A program made the translations under genes and the position numbers. 33,222 nucleotides of DNA, from assembly GCA_024404215.1 (NCBI GenBank), contig JAKSQI010000001.1, positions 1 to 33,222 of the forward strand. The letters run 5' to 3'. The stretch comes from Oscillospiraceae bacterium. GTDB taxonomy: Bacteria; Bacillota; Clostridia; Oscillospirales; Oscillospiraceae. How positions within the stretch are numbered: the first letter of the stretch is position 1; each line of letters begins with the position of its first letter. The notes beneath the pieces were generated by a model. It saw only the letters and a list, made by a program, of their open reading frames with translations. It ran no database searches and was not told where the DNA came from. Below are positions 1 through 7,965 of the stretch, one piece after another.

Positions 1-37
1 GTCTGCCCCGCTGAAGAAGAGAAAGGGGATAGGGTTC

Positions 38-1033
38 ATGGGTGTGATTGAACGGATAAAAGAGAAGGCGGCCCAAACACGGAAACGCATTGTTCTGCCG
101 GAGGGGGATGAGCCGCGAACGCTGCAGGCAGCCTGGCAGGTGCAGCAGCAGGGCATTGCGGAGCCCATTCTGCTGGGTGACCCGACAGCTATTCAAGCCG
201 CTGCTGCCGGTCTGGGCCTGGATGTGACGGGTCTAACTGTGGAAAATCCGTCAGCAAGCGCCAAAACAGAAGTCTATGCAGAGGCCCTTTATGAGCTGAG
301 AAAGGCCAAGGGGCTTAGCAGGGGGGATGCGGAAAAGCTGGCCCGGGACCCTATGTATTACGGTATTCTGATGGTGCAGCAGGGGGAGGCCGATGGCTTG
401 GTTTCCGGCGCTGTGCACTCCACCGGGGATATGCTGCGGCCTGCCCTGCAGGTAATCAAAACCAAGCCCGGAACGAAGCTGGTATCCTCCAGCTTTTTGA
501 TGGATTGCCCCAATAAGTCCCTGGGTGAAGATGGCCTGCTAATCTATGCGGATTGTGTGGTTAACCCATGCCCTACGGCTGAGGAACTGGCGCAGATTGC
601 GGTGGCTTCGGCAGATACGGCCAAAAAATTGTGCGGAATTCAGGAACCCCGTGTCGCCATGCTGTCCTTTTCTACCAAGGGTTCGGCTGAACATGAGCTG
701 GTAACCAAGGTACAGAAGGCCACAGCCCTGGCTCACGAGCTCGCCCCAGAGCTGCTTCTGGATGGAGAACTGCAGTTTGACGCTGCATTGGTGCCGGAGG
801 TGGCCGCCGGCAAAGCCAAGGGAAGCCCGGTTGCCGGACGTGCCAACGTACTGGTGTTTCCGGATATTCAGGCCGGTAACATTGGCTACAAGATAACCCA
901 GCGCATCGGTGGGGCGGAGTGCTTTGCTGTGCTGCAGGGGCTGGCCAAGCCCTGCAACGACCTGTCTCGGGGCTGCTCGGTACAGGATATTGTGAACACC
1001 ATTGCCATTACGGCAGTGCAGGCGCAAGGATAA
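38..1033 (+). CDS. pta: phosphate acetyltransferase
   Basis: 331-aa ORF. It carries the motifs IVLPEGDEPRTLQAA, GLVSGAVHSTGDMLRPALQ and NDLSRGCSVQDIVN, which are typical of the Pta (PTA_PTB) family. A purine-rich RBS lies upstream. Confidence 0.92.
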   Translation: MGVIERIKEKAAQTRKRIVLPEGDEPRTLQAAWQVQQQGIAEPILLGDPTAIQAAAAGLGLDVTGLTVENPSASAKTEVYAEALYELRKAKGLSRGDAEKLARDPMYYGILMVQQGEADGLVSGAVHSTGDMLRPALQVIKTKPGTKLVSSSFLMDCPNKSLGEDGLLIYADCVVNPCPTAEELAQIAVASADTAKKLCGIQEPRVAMLSFSTKGSAEHELVTKVQKATALAHELAPELLLDGELQFDAALVPEVAAGKAKGSPVAGRANVLVFPDIQAGNIGYKITQRIGGAECFAVLQGLAKPCNDLSRGCSVQDIVNTIAITAVQAQG

Positions 1034-1043
1034 GGATTTCCAT

Positions 1044-1070
1044 GACCGACGCTTCGGCGTCGGTCTTTTT
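1044..1070 (+). terminator. intrinsic terminator after pta
   Basis: GACCGACGC-TTCG-GCGTCGGTC hairpin followed by TTTTT. Confidence 0.75.
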
Positions 1071-1148
1071 ACGGAAAGCGCCTTGAAAATACTCTGCGGC
1101 AGGCGTACAATGGGCAGGATTCATTTTCCACATAAAGGAGAGCTTCTC

Positions 1149-1613
1149 ATGGATGCAATAATGGAACTGATAGGCTCAATAGACACCAAGGTGATTGTTA
1201 TCGCCCTGGTCATAGCTGTGATTTTGCTTCTTCTGGCCATTGTTCGCAAAATACGCAAGCTGGTTTTTTGGATTCTTATCATCGGCTTTTTAATCGGTTT
1301 GGGTAAGCCCCTGGTTATGAAAGCGCTTGCTTCTCTTGGGGTTCAGCTGGAGCATGGACTGCTGACCATTGAGGGCACGGAAGGCCAAACCCAAGTAGAC
1401 CTGTCTCTTGTAAAGCATATTCAGATTTTGGAAGGGGAGACGGAAACGGAGATCATCATCCGGAATGAAAAATCCGTCCTTGCGGATTTTCGGGTATCCA
1501 ACGGAACCATGCGCTTCGTGAACATTGCCCTGGGCATTGCCGGGAAAATCGGAGCCTTCGGCTATGAAAAAGGAAGCGGATTGGATATTGAACGGATAAC
1601 ACAGCTGGCATAA
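1149..1613 (+). CDS. hypothetical membrane protein (154 aa)
   Basis: An ATG at 1149 is preceded by AAAGGAGAG. The N-terminus has two hydrophobic helices (VIVIALVIAVILLLLAIV, LVFWILIIGFLIGL). The longer track ORF starting at 1002 would run through the pta terminator. Confidence 0.6.
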   Translation: MDAIMELIGSIDTKVIVIALVIAVILLLLAIVRKIRKLVFWILIIGFLIGLGKPLVMKALASLGVQLEHGLLTIEGTEGQTQVDLSLVKHIQILEGETETEIIIRNEKSVLADFRVSNGTMRFVNIALGIAGKIGAFGYEKGSGLDIERITQLA

Positions 1614-1692
1614 GCGTATAAAGAGCACGCCATTAGGTGCTGCAGGACAGTCGAAAGCCATTTCATACATTGCGATTATCTTTCACATATCA

Positions 1693-1750
1693 AATGCCGC
1701 CGTTTGGTTGCTCTTTTTGAGTACCCAAATGGCGGCATTATTGTTTCTTT
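1693..1750 (+). terminator. probable intrinsic terminator
   Basis: AATGCCGCCGTTTGG (1693-1707) pairs with CCAAATGGCGGCATT (1725-1739) with one G:U wobble. A T-rich tail ATTGTTTCTTT follows. Confidence 0.5.
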
Positions 1751-1811
1751 GCATTAACCTGGCTGCTTCAAATATAAAGAAGAATAGCAAATATGCCCCA
1801 TAATCATCATA

Positions 1812-2069
1812 CTATTTGAAGAAAACATATATATTCATGCAGAAGATGGCTGTAGCAAAAAGTATAAGGAGCGCGAATACGGTTTTAGAAATCCTTGAAT
1901 TCGTATGAGTTATGCAATACGCAAGATAGACTACCCAAGCAAGGAGGGCAACGAAAGAAATCCATCCACGGAGGCAAGCGGATAAGAAAAACAGAGGATT
2001 GACAATTCGCATCCCATTCTTTGAGTAAATCTTAGTCTTGAGTTTAAAAAGGACTGATTTCATTTTCAT
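1812..2069 (-). CDS. small two-TM membrane protein (85 aa), unknown function
   Basis: GGAGGAAA RBS 6 nt before the ATG. It has a basic N-terminus and two hydrophobic segments. It lies in a visibly AT-rich islet. Confidence 0.55.
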   Translation of the reverse strand: MKMKSVLFKLKTKIYSKNGMRIVNPLFFLSACLRGWISFVALLAWVVYLAYCITHTNSRISKTVFALLILFATAIFCMNIYVFFK

Positions 2070-2122
2070 ATAGTTTCCTCCAATCCTCTAATAGTCTCAG
2101 ATTTCTCCTTGTATTAATGATT

Positions 2123-2151
2123 ATTATATCCAATACGCTTGACATTGTTAA
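2123..2151 (-). promoter_or_regulatory. sigma-A type promoter for the 85-aa gene
   Basis: On the minus strand, TTAACA, a 17-nt spacer, then TATAAT. Confidence 0.5.
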
Positions 2152-2190
2152 GAGTGTTGGACAAATTCTGTTTATCTGCACAGTTTCTTA

Positions 2191-2242
2191 AACAAAAGAT
2201 TCGTAGTGGCGGGATACTTTGAAATCCTAAGCTACTACGAGT
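2191..2242 (-). terminator. probable intrinsic terminator downstream of nhaC
   Basis: On the minus strand, TCGTAGTAGC pairs with GCCACTACGA (one wobble) around an inner GGAT/ATCC hairpin. The tail ATCTTTTGTTT follows. Confidence 0.55.
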
Positions 2243-2335
2243 CTTTGTGCTTACGCGATTGAACCGCCGTGCACCGAACGGTATGCACGGTGGTGTGAGA
2301 GGTCGGTCACTCAGCTATTGGGTGACCTCCTGCTC
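2243..2335. other. GC-rich structured intergenic element of unknown identity
   Basis: Two strong hairpins: ACCGCCGTGCA (2263-2273) with TGCACGGTGGT (2284-2294), and GGTCAC (2305-2310) with GTGACC (2322-2327). An alternative GAGGTC/GACCTC pairing is also possible. I recognise no coding potential. Confidence 0.35.
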
Positions 2336-2361
2336 AATTTTAAGACAGCCCCATTCGGTGG

Positions 2362-3863
2362 TTAGGCATCCTTCTCGGAAACCGCTGCACGGATGACAAA
2401 AAGGGCGGCCAAGGTCAATACAATACCAATGGCAAGACTGATGATAACGTTCTGAATGAAGCCGGCGGCAATGTAGGTTATAAAGCTGACGGCTGCAACG
2501 GTGATGGCATAGGGCAGCTGGGTGCTGACATGGTTGAGGTGTTCTACCTGAGCGCCGGCAGATGCCATAATGGTTGTGTCAGAGATGGGGGAGCAGTGGT
2601 CACCGCAGACAGCACCGGCCAGACAGGCAGAAATACCGATGATAAGCAGACTGCTGGATGCCGGGAAAATGGCGGTAACAATGGGAATCAAAATGCCGAA
2701 GGTGCCCCAGGAGGTACCGGAAGCAAAGGCCAGGAAGCAGGCAACCACAAAAATGACGGCAGGCAGCAGCTTGTACAGGCTGCCGGAGGCGCCCAGCATC
2801 AGGTCATGAACAAATTCAGCAGCACCCAGATTACCGGTCATGGTTTTCAGAGAAACGGCCAGGGTCAGAATGATAATCGGGGGAACCATGGCGATAAAGC
2901 CCTTGGGGACGCACTCCATGGCTTCCTTTAAGCTCACAACCCGACGGGCCAAAAGGTAGACGACGGTAATTACCAGAGAAATAATCGCACCCCAGGGCAG
3001 GCCGATAAAGGCGTCTGTGTTGCCGAAGGCACCGATAAAGTCACCGCCGAAGTCCGTGCCGCCCCAGGCATCCACACCAAAGAAGCCGCCTACATAGAGC
3101 ATGCCGATGGTGCAGGAATCAACAAATCAATGACGCGGCCCTTGCTGTTGCCGGTTTCCTGATCGCTGTTATCCAAAGCGCCCAGGTCGCCGTTGAGTCT
3201 GGCATTCATTTCGTGAATGCGCATGGGACCAAAATCAAATTTCATTAGGGCTAAGCCAATGATAAAAACAAAGGTCAGCAGAGAATAGAAGTTGTAAGGA
3301 ATGGCTTTGATAAAGAGCTCTATACCCGAGTATCCGGCATCTAGGTCATTGGCTACCCCGGAAACGGCGGCTGCTCAGCTGGATACCGGGGCACTGATAC
3401 AGAAAGGAGCCGCGGTAGCATCAATGAGATAGGCCAGCTTGGCGCGGGAAATCTTGTGGCTGTCAGTTACCGGACGCATGACGGAGCCTACCGTCAGACA
3501 ATTGAAGTAGTCGTCAATGAAGACCAGAACACCAAGTACAAAGGTAGCCAGCATGGCACCAACCCGGGTCTTGATATGCTTTTCGGCCCAGCGACCAAAG
3601 GCGGCAGAACCGCCGGCAGCATTAACCAGGGCAACAATGATGCCTAACAATACCAGGAAAAGGAAGATACCGGCATTATCCGAAATGGCGGCTACCAAGC
3701 CATCGTTCACCACAGTGTCCAGTGTGGGAACCAGGGCAAAGCCGGCACTGAACAAACCACCGACGATAACACCAATGAAGAGGGAAAGATAGGCTTCCTT
3801 GGTAATCAAAGCCAGAACAATGGCGATGATGGGGGGCACCAAGGCCCAAAAAGTACCGTACAT
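2362..3863 (-). pseudogene. nhaC: Na+/H+ antiporter NhaC-family transporter, disrupted
   Basis: The N-terminal ORF (3375-3863) ends at a TGA, giving ...APVSS(TGA)AAAVSGVAND. The NhaC-like sequence continues in the same frame to about 3105. A frame change, apparently with loss of part of a TM helix (VIDLLIP / CTIGMLYVGGFF), then joins it to the C-terminal ORF (2362-3102). Confidence 0.85.
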
Positions 3864-3875
3864 ACATGTACCTCC

Positions 3876-3910
3876 AAAAAAGAATCGTGAACGCGGAGAC
3901 CGCGTTCACG
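3876..3910 (-). terminator. riboswitch expression-platform terminator
   Basis: On the minus strand, CGTGAACGCGG-TCT-CCGCGTTCACG is followed by ATTCTTTTTT. It sits immediately before the nhaC RBS GGAGG. Confidence 0.8.
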
Positions 3911-3925
3911 ACTGAAAATCTAATA

Positions 3926-4090
3926 CACGACAGCTCTCCGCAATGATGCGACAGTAAACCGAATGTTATCCGGCTTACCAGGCATGTACAGACAGAATTC
4001 TGCACACCCTTCGGCGGTATCCCCTTTGACCCCCTGCGGATTCTGCCGCGCAGGCGGAGGCTACTGATGTCAACCGCACCTCTATCAAAC
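3926..4090 (-). promoter_or_regulatory. lysine riboswitch (L-box) aptamer
   Basis: The minus strand reads GATAGAGGTGCG...AGTAGCC...GGGTCAAAGGGGATACCGCCGAAGGGTG.GCAGA...ACATGCCTGG...ACTGTCGC...GGAGAGCTG. This matches the conserved blocks of the B. subtilis lysC and T. maritima lysine riboswitches as I recall them. Confidence 0.85.
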
Positions 4091-4107
4091 CATATTCACG
4101 TGACCCA

Positions 4108-4135
4108 ATTATATAGCATTTTCTCTAATTGTCAA
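4108..4135 (-). promoter_or_regulatory. sigma-A promoter driving the lysine riboswitch and nhaC
   Basis: On the minus strand, TTGACA (4135-4130), a 16-nt spacer, then TATAAT (4113-4108). Confidence 0.75.
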
Positions 4136-4256
4136 TATGAATAAATGAAAATAACTGGAGTTAATAACAAAAACCCGTTGTACGTATGGAGAACATGGGA
4201 TAAGCGGACAGCCGTTGTGAGAGCTTATGCCGAAGGGAGAAAGGACCTGGCTTGCT

Positions 4257-4736
4257 TCAGCTCAAGTCCAGTGGCTGACCATTTAGGGAAGCGGAGGTTA
4301 ATACATCATGGACATACACCAGCTTGAGGGAAAAGAACTCTGAACGGGAGTCCAGCAAACGAAAGAAAAGCTTGTCCCCTTCCCAAATAGGAAGAGTCAA
4401 TACCTGCTCTTTAGGAATCCATTCCAGGGTACCTTCGTCGCAGTCTTTCAGGGTTCCGGAAAAATCCTCGCAAGTGTATAAAAAACTGTATTCATCTATG
4501 TCATCAATGACGAATGTAAGAAGCCCCCGCAGGCAGAAGTGTCCCATGGTCAATCCGGTTTCCTCCAACACTTCCCGGCGGATACAGTCTTCAGGAGACT
4601 CTCCGTGCTCAAGGTGGCCGCCGACGCCGATGTATTTGTCCTTGTTGATGTCGTTTTTCTTTTTGATGCGATGCAGCATAAGGTAACAACCATTTTGTTC
4701 CAAATAACAGAGAGTAGCAAAGCTTTGGTTTGCCAT
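4257..4736 (-). CDS. NUDIX hydrolase (MutT-like)
   Basis: Nudix box GVGGHLEHGESPEDCIRREVLEETGL. The internal ATG at 4736 is preceded by AAAGGGGA. The upstream 30 codons of the track ORF lack an RBS. Confidence 0.85.
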   Translation of the reverse strand: MANQSFATLCYLEQNGCYLMLHRIKKKNDINKDKYIGVGGHLEHGESPEDCIRREVLEETGLTMGHFCLRGLLTFVIDDIDEYSFLYTCEDFSGTLKDCDEGTLEWIPKEQVLTLPIWEGDKLFFRLLDSRSEFFSLKLVYVHDVLTSASLNGQPLDLS

Positions 4737-4798
4737 AAGGATATCCCCTTTCCTTTTCTGTATTATAGCACAGCGGAGGCCAAAGGCTGATAAAAATA

Positions 4799-4827
4799 TT
4801 GGTAGGCAGACAAACTTGTGATACAAT
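4799..4827 (+). promoter_or_regulatory. candidate sigma-A promoter for the DUF2284 and MBL genes
   Basis: TTGGTA, a 17-nt spacer, then TACAAT, with an upstream TG (extended -10). Confidence 0.5.
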
Positions 4828-4860
4828 GGGGCTATTGGGAAAGAAAGTGGGGATTGCGCT

Positions 4861-5400
4861 ATGTTGAGTGAAGTAAGAATGACCGAACTAGCTCGGGCCC
4901 AGGGCTTTGAAGCGGCGGTTGTGAATACCGATGATATTGTAACAAATCCGGACTACCGTAAGTATTGTGAGGATAATCTCTGCGGGAATTATAATGCCAA
5001 TTATGGCTGCCCGCCTTACTGCGGAACACCGGCGGAAATGGACAGCAAACTCCGTTCCTTCCGTCGGGGGATGGTGCTGAAAACCTCCGCTCAAGTAACA
5101 AGTGCCTTGAATGCTGATGAGGTGGTGCCCATGAAAAAGAACCATAATAAGGGGACCCTCCGGTTGCTCCGTCAGTTGGTGGCTGAAGGCCTCACTGCCC
5201 ACAGCTTAGTCATGGCCGGCCCCTGCGGCCTTTGCGAAGAATGCAAAATGAAATCCGGAGAGCCCTGTCAAATGGAAAATGCCCGCTATTCCTGCCTGTC
5301 GGCCTATTGCATTGATGTAACCAAGCTGGCGGAGACAGCCGGCATGCCCATTGCGTGGACTGTGGACCAGGCAGCCTTTTTCAGCATCGTGCTGTTTTAA
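4861..5400 (+). CDS. DUF2284-like Cys-rich metal-binding protein
   Basis: Cys clusters CEDNLCGNYNANYGCPPYCG and CGLCEECKMKSGEPC. The overall layout is that of the predicted metal-binding DUF2284 family. Confidence 0.75.
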   Translation: MLSEVRMTELARAQGFEAAVVNTDDIVTNPDYRKYCEDNLCGNYNANYGCPPYCGTPAEMDSKLRSFRRGMVLKTSAQVTSALNADEVVPMKKNHNKGTLRLLRQLVAEGLTAHSLVMAGPCGLCEECKMKSGEPCQMENARYSCLSAYCIDVTKLAETAGMPIAWTVDQAAFFSIVLF

Positions 5401-5415
5401 GGGAGGTGCAGACCC

Positions 5416-6234
5416 GTGCGACTTGTTGTCCTGTCTGATAACATTCCCAAAGAACCCTGCCAAGGGGAGTGGGGGCTGTGTATCTATATTGAATATCGGG
5501 GCCATAAGCTGCTGCTGGATACCGGCAGCTCCGGCTTGTTTGCCCAAAATGCCGAGGTGTTAGGATTAGACCTGTCTCAAGTGGAATTCGGCGTGCTTTC
5601 TCACGCCCATTATGACCATGCCGATGGGTTGGCGGATTTCTTTGCCCTGAATGACCGGGCCCCCTTTTATCTAAGGTCCGAGTGTCGGGAAAACTGCTGG
5701 TGTGATAAGGGCGAGGGGCCGGAATATATTGGCATACACCAAGGCTGGCTGACCAGATTCCGTGACCGGTTGATTTACAGCAGTGGAAAGGTGCAGCTGC
5801 TGCCCGGTGTGTATCTGCTGCCCCACAGCAGTCCGGGACTGGCAGAGGTAGGCCGGAAGGCCGGCATGTTTGTCAGCGAATGCTGCGGCCTTGTACCCGA
5901 TGAGTTTGCTCACGAGCAGAGCCTGGTGCTGGAATCTGCGGAAGGGCTGATTATTCTTAACAGCTGCTGCCACGCCGGAGCGGATGTTATTATTCGGGAG
6001 GCTGCTGAGGCCTTTCCGGGCAGAACCCTCAAGGCCATTATCGGCGGGCTGCACCTTTATCGGTCTGCCGAAGAAGAGGTTCGGGAATTGGCCCGGGCCA
6101 TAAAGAGAACCGGCATTTCCTCTGTGGTTACCGGGCACTGCACCGGCGAGGCCGGGCTGGCTATTCTAAAGGATGAGTTGGGGGATGCCCTGCAGGCCCT
6201 TCATGCCGGACTGGAGCTGACCTATTCGGATTGA
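5416..6234 (+). CDS. MBL-fold metallo-hydrolase
   Basis: HAHYDHADG motif with LLLDTGSS upstream of it. GTG start 7 nt after GGGAGGTG. Confidence 0.85.
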   Translation: MRLVVLSDNIPKEPCQGEWGLCIYIEYRGHKLLLDTGSSGLFAQNAEVLGLDLSQVEFGVLSHAHYDHADGLADFFALNDRAPFYLRSECRENCWCDKGEGPEYIGIHQGWLTRFRDRLIYSSGKVQLLPGVYLLPHSSPGLAEVGRKAGMFVSECCGLVPDEFAHEQSLVLESAEGLIILNSCCHAGADVIIREAAEAFPGRTLKAIIGGLHLYRSAEEEVRELARAIKRTGISSVVTGHCTGEAGLAILKDELGDALQALHAGLELTYSD

Positions 6235-6248
6235 CCCTAAACAAAAAT

Positions 6249-6270
6249 CCCGCCGAGAAGGCGGGTTTTT
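6249..6270. terminator. bidirectional intrinsic terminator between convergent genes
   Basis: CCCGCC-GAGAA-GGCGGG, with TTTTT on the plus side and an A-run on the other side. Confidence 0.75.
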
Positions 6271-6275
6271 GCTGT

Positions 6276-7844
6276 TTATTTTTTCTTTTCGTTCCAAAGG
6301 GGCTTGATGATGTTGTAAAGCTCCAGGCCCTTCTTCTGACCAAATTCCTTGACCATGCCTCGGTAAGTCAGCTGTTTGATGGCAGTGTCCCCAAACAGGG
6401 GCATGGCAATGCCCAGTATTTTCATGGTGGTGTCGTTATCTACCTTTTTGTCACTGAGGACTTTCATCAAGGCATTATTCAGCTGGGTTTTCTTATCCGG
6501 TGCACCGGACGGTTTTTTGCCTTTAGGAGCTTTGGGAGCTTCCGCTTCCTTGTCAATAGCGGCTTTGGAAGTGGTGGCCTTTTTTCGGCCGGTTTTAGCG
6601 GGGGCCTGCTCTTTTATGACAGACTCACTCTCTGCGGCAGTTTCCTGCGGGTCCAGCGAAGGGACGACTGTAGGGGTGCTTTCAGAAGTGGCAGGGGCAG
6701 CGGATTCCCGGGAAGCGGGGGACTCCGGCGCAGGAGCCTTTCGGCGGCGGCTGCGGTTTCCGCGAGCTTTTGCCGCCGGTTTGGCCGGGGGTTCGGCAGC
6801 AGCAGCTTCCTCTGCCGCAGCTTCTGTCGGGGTGTCGTTGCCGCTGCCTAAGGTGGGGCTGTACGCTTCCTCAGCGGGCGTAACAGCTGCCGCCTCCGGT
6901 ACGGGAGCTGCTTCTAGGGCTGCGGCTGGAGTGATTTCGGGTTCTGAAGGAGGAGTGCTCTCTGTGGCCACAGTGGCTTCCTCTACCTTGGGTTTGGCTA
7001 CGCCAACTTCACGGGCGGGAACGGGGACAAAAGGGGGCTTAGGGGCCTTGGTTGGTCTGGAACCGGAGGTGGGCTGGGAGGGGCCGCCGAATTCCCTGGC
7101 TGGGGAAGCGATTGTGGCATAGCGCAGGGCTTCTGCGGCAATCGGGTCCAAGGGCTCGGATTTTTCCGTGGGGGTCGCTTTTTCCTTTGAAACCGATGGC
7201 TCCGGAATCGGGACGCTGTGGGCTTCCGCTGCTGTGTCCGGTACAGACGGAGTCAGGCTCGAAGCCTCTGGGAAGGCTGCTGAAAGAGAATCTACCTCAA
7301 CCGGACCGGGGAGGGGGACGCCTGTATCAGCAGGCAGGGTTTCCGGAACAGGGAACGGGATACTCGCCGGGGCTTCGGCTTCCGTTGCTTTAACGGACGG
7401 AGCGGGGTGACTGTCCCTATCGTTGCGGCGGTTTCCGCCTCGTCCGCGTCCGGAACGGCTGCGGGCAGCTGGGGCGGGGGTAATTTCGCTGCCGTCGATG
7501 GTCTGGCGGCGGAGGACCTCAATACCCATTTCATCCTTCCAAAAGAGGGGGGTGTTGGTGAAATCGGTATCCTTGCTGACGATGACAAAGTGGCAATCGG
7601 GGCCCTCAGTGCCGATAAGATAGCCCAGATAGCTGACCAGCTGCATGTCCAGGGACTGGCGGCCGGGCTGTACCTTATGGACGGTGAGAGTTGCCTGCAT
7701 GCCCCGAAGTAAATCCAGGCTCAGGCGGTTGGCGTTAACAGAATAAAAAAGATGAATGCTGTCTCCGGCGGGGCAAAGGTTCATGCCCTGCAGGCCGGCC
7801 TCATGCACATTTTCGTAATCAATTAAATAAACGGTTTTGCTCAT
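6276..7844 (-). CDS. NYN/LabA-like domain protein with a long Pro/Ala/Glu/Ser/Thr-rich linker and a small C-terminal helical domain
   Basis: The N-terminus has VYLIDYENV ... SLDMQL ... VSKDTDF, the acidic residues expected of a NYN/PIN-like nuclease fold. About 330 low-complexity residues follow. The tail is a roughly 70-aa lysine-rich globular domain. Confidence 0.8.
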   Translation of the reverse strand: MSKTVYLIDYENVHEAGLQGMNLCPAGDSIHLFYSVNANRLSLDLLRGMQATLTVHKVQPGRQSLDMQLVSYLGYLIGTEGPDCHFVIVSKDTDFTNTPLFWKDEMGIEVLRRQTIDGSEITPAPAARSRSGRGRGGNRRNDRDSHPAPSVKATEAEAPASIPFPVPETLPADTGVPLPGPVEVDSLSAAFPEASSLTPSVPDTAAEAHSVPIPEPSVSKEKATPTEKSEPLDPIAAEALRYATIASPAREFGGPSQPTSGSRPTKAPKPPFVPVPAREVGVAKPKVEEATVATESTPPSEPEITPAAALEAAPVPEAAAVTPAEEAYSPTLGSGNDTPTEAAAEEAAAAEPPAKPAAKARGNRSRRRKAPAPESPASRESAAPATSESTPTVVPSLDPQETAAESESVIKEQAPAKTGRKKATTSKAAIDKEAEAPKAPKGKKPSGAPDKKTQLNNALMKVLSDKKVDNDTTMKILGIAMPLFGDTAIKQLTYRGMVKEFGQKKGLELYNIIKPLWNEKKK

Positions 7845-7911
7845 AATGGTCTCCTTGAGGAATAGTCAACGCCAGTATATCACGGGAAAGGGAAGCCTGG
7901 CTACTCTTTTC

Positions 7912-7949
7912 TGACAAATAAAAGAATCCCCCTCCACGGGGAGGGGGAT
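7912..7949 (-). terminator. intrinsic terminator after the crotonase gene
   Basis: ATCCCCCTCC-N4-GGAGGGGGAT hairpin. On the minus strand it is followed by TCTTTTATTTG. Confidence 0.75.
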
Positions 7950-7965
7950 CGGGGAAGACGAGGGT

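Noticed and set aside
2243-2335. Hairpin element as group II intron domain V/VI or a tRNA pseudogene
   Set aside because: The stem lacks the AGC triad, the 2-nt bulge and the GNRA tetraloop of domain V. No cloverleaf can be drawn either.
3375-3377. TGA at a conserved Trp position of nhaC as evidence for TGA=Trp recoding (genetic code 4)
   Set aside because: Many well-supported genes in the window terminate at TGA, for example the methyltransferase, the ABC ATPases and the DUF2292 ORF. The same gene also carries a frameshift. A nonsense mutation is the simpler reading.
6231-7122. Plus-strand ORFs of 206 and 248 aa opposite the NYN-protein linker
   Set aside because: The region stays open only because of its low-complexity GC-rich composition. 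The minus-strand frame is the one joining the recognisable N- and C-terminal domains.
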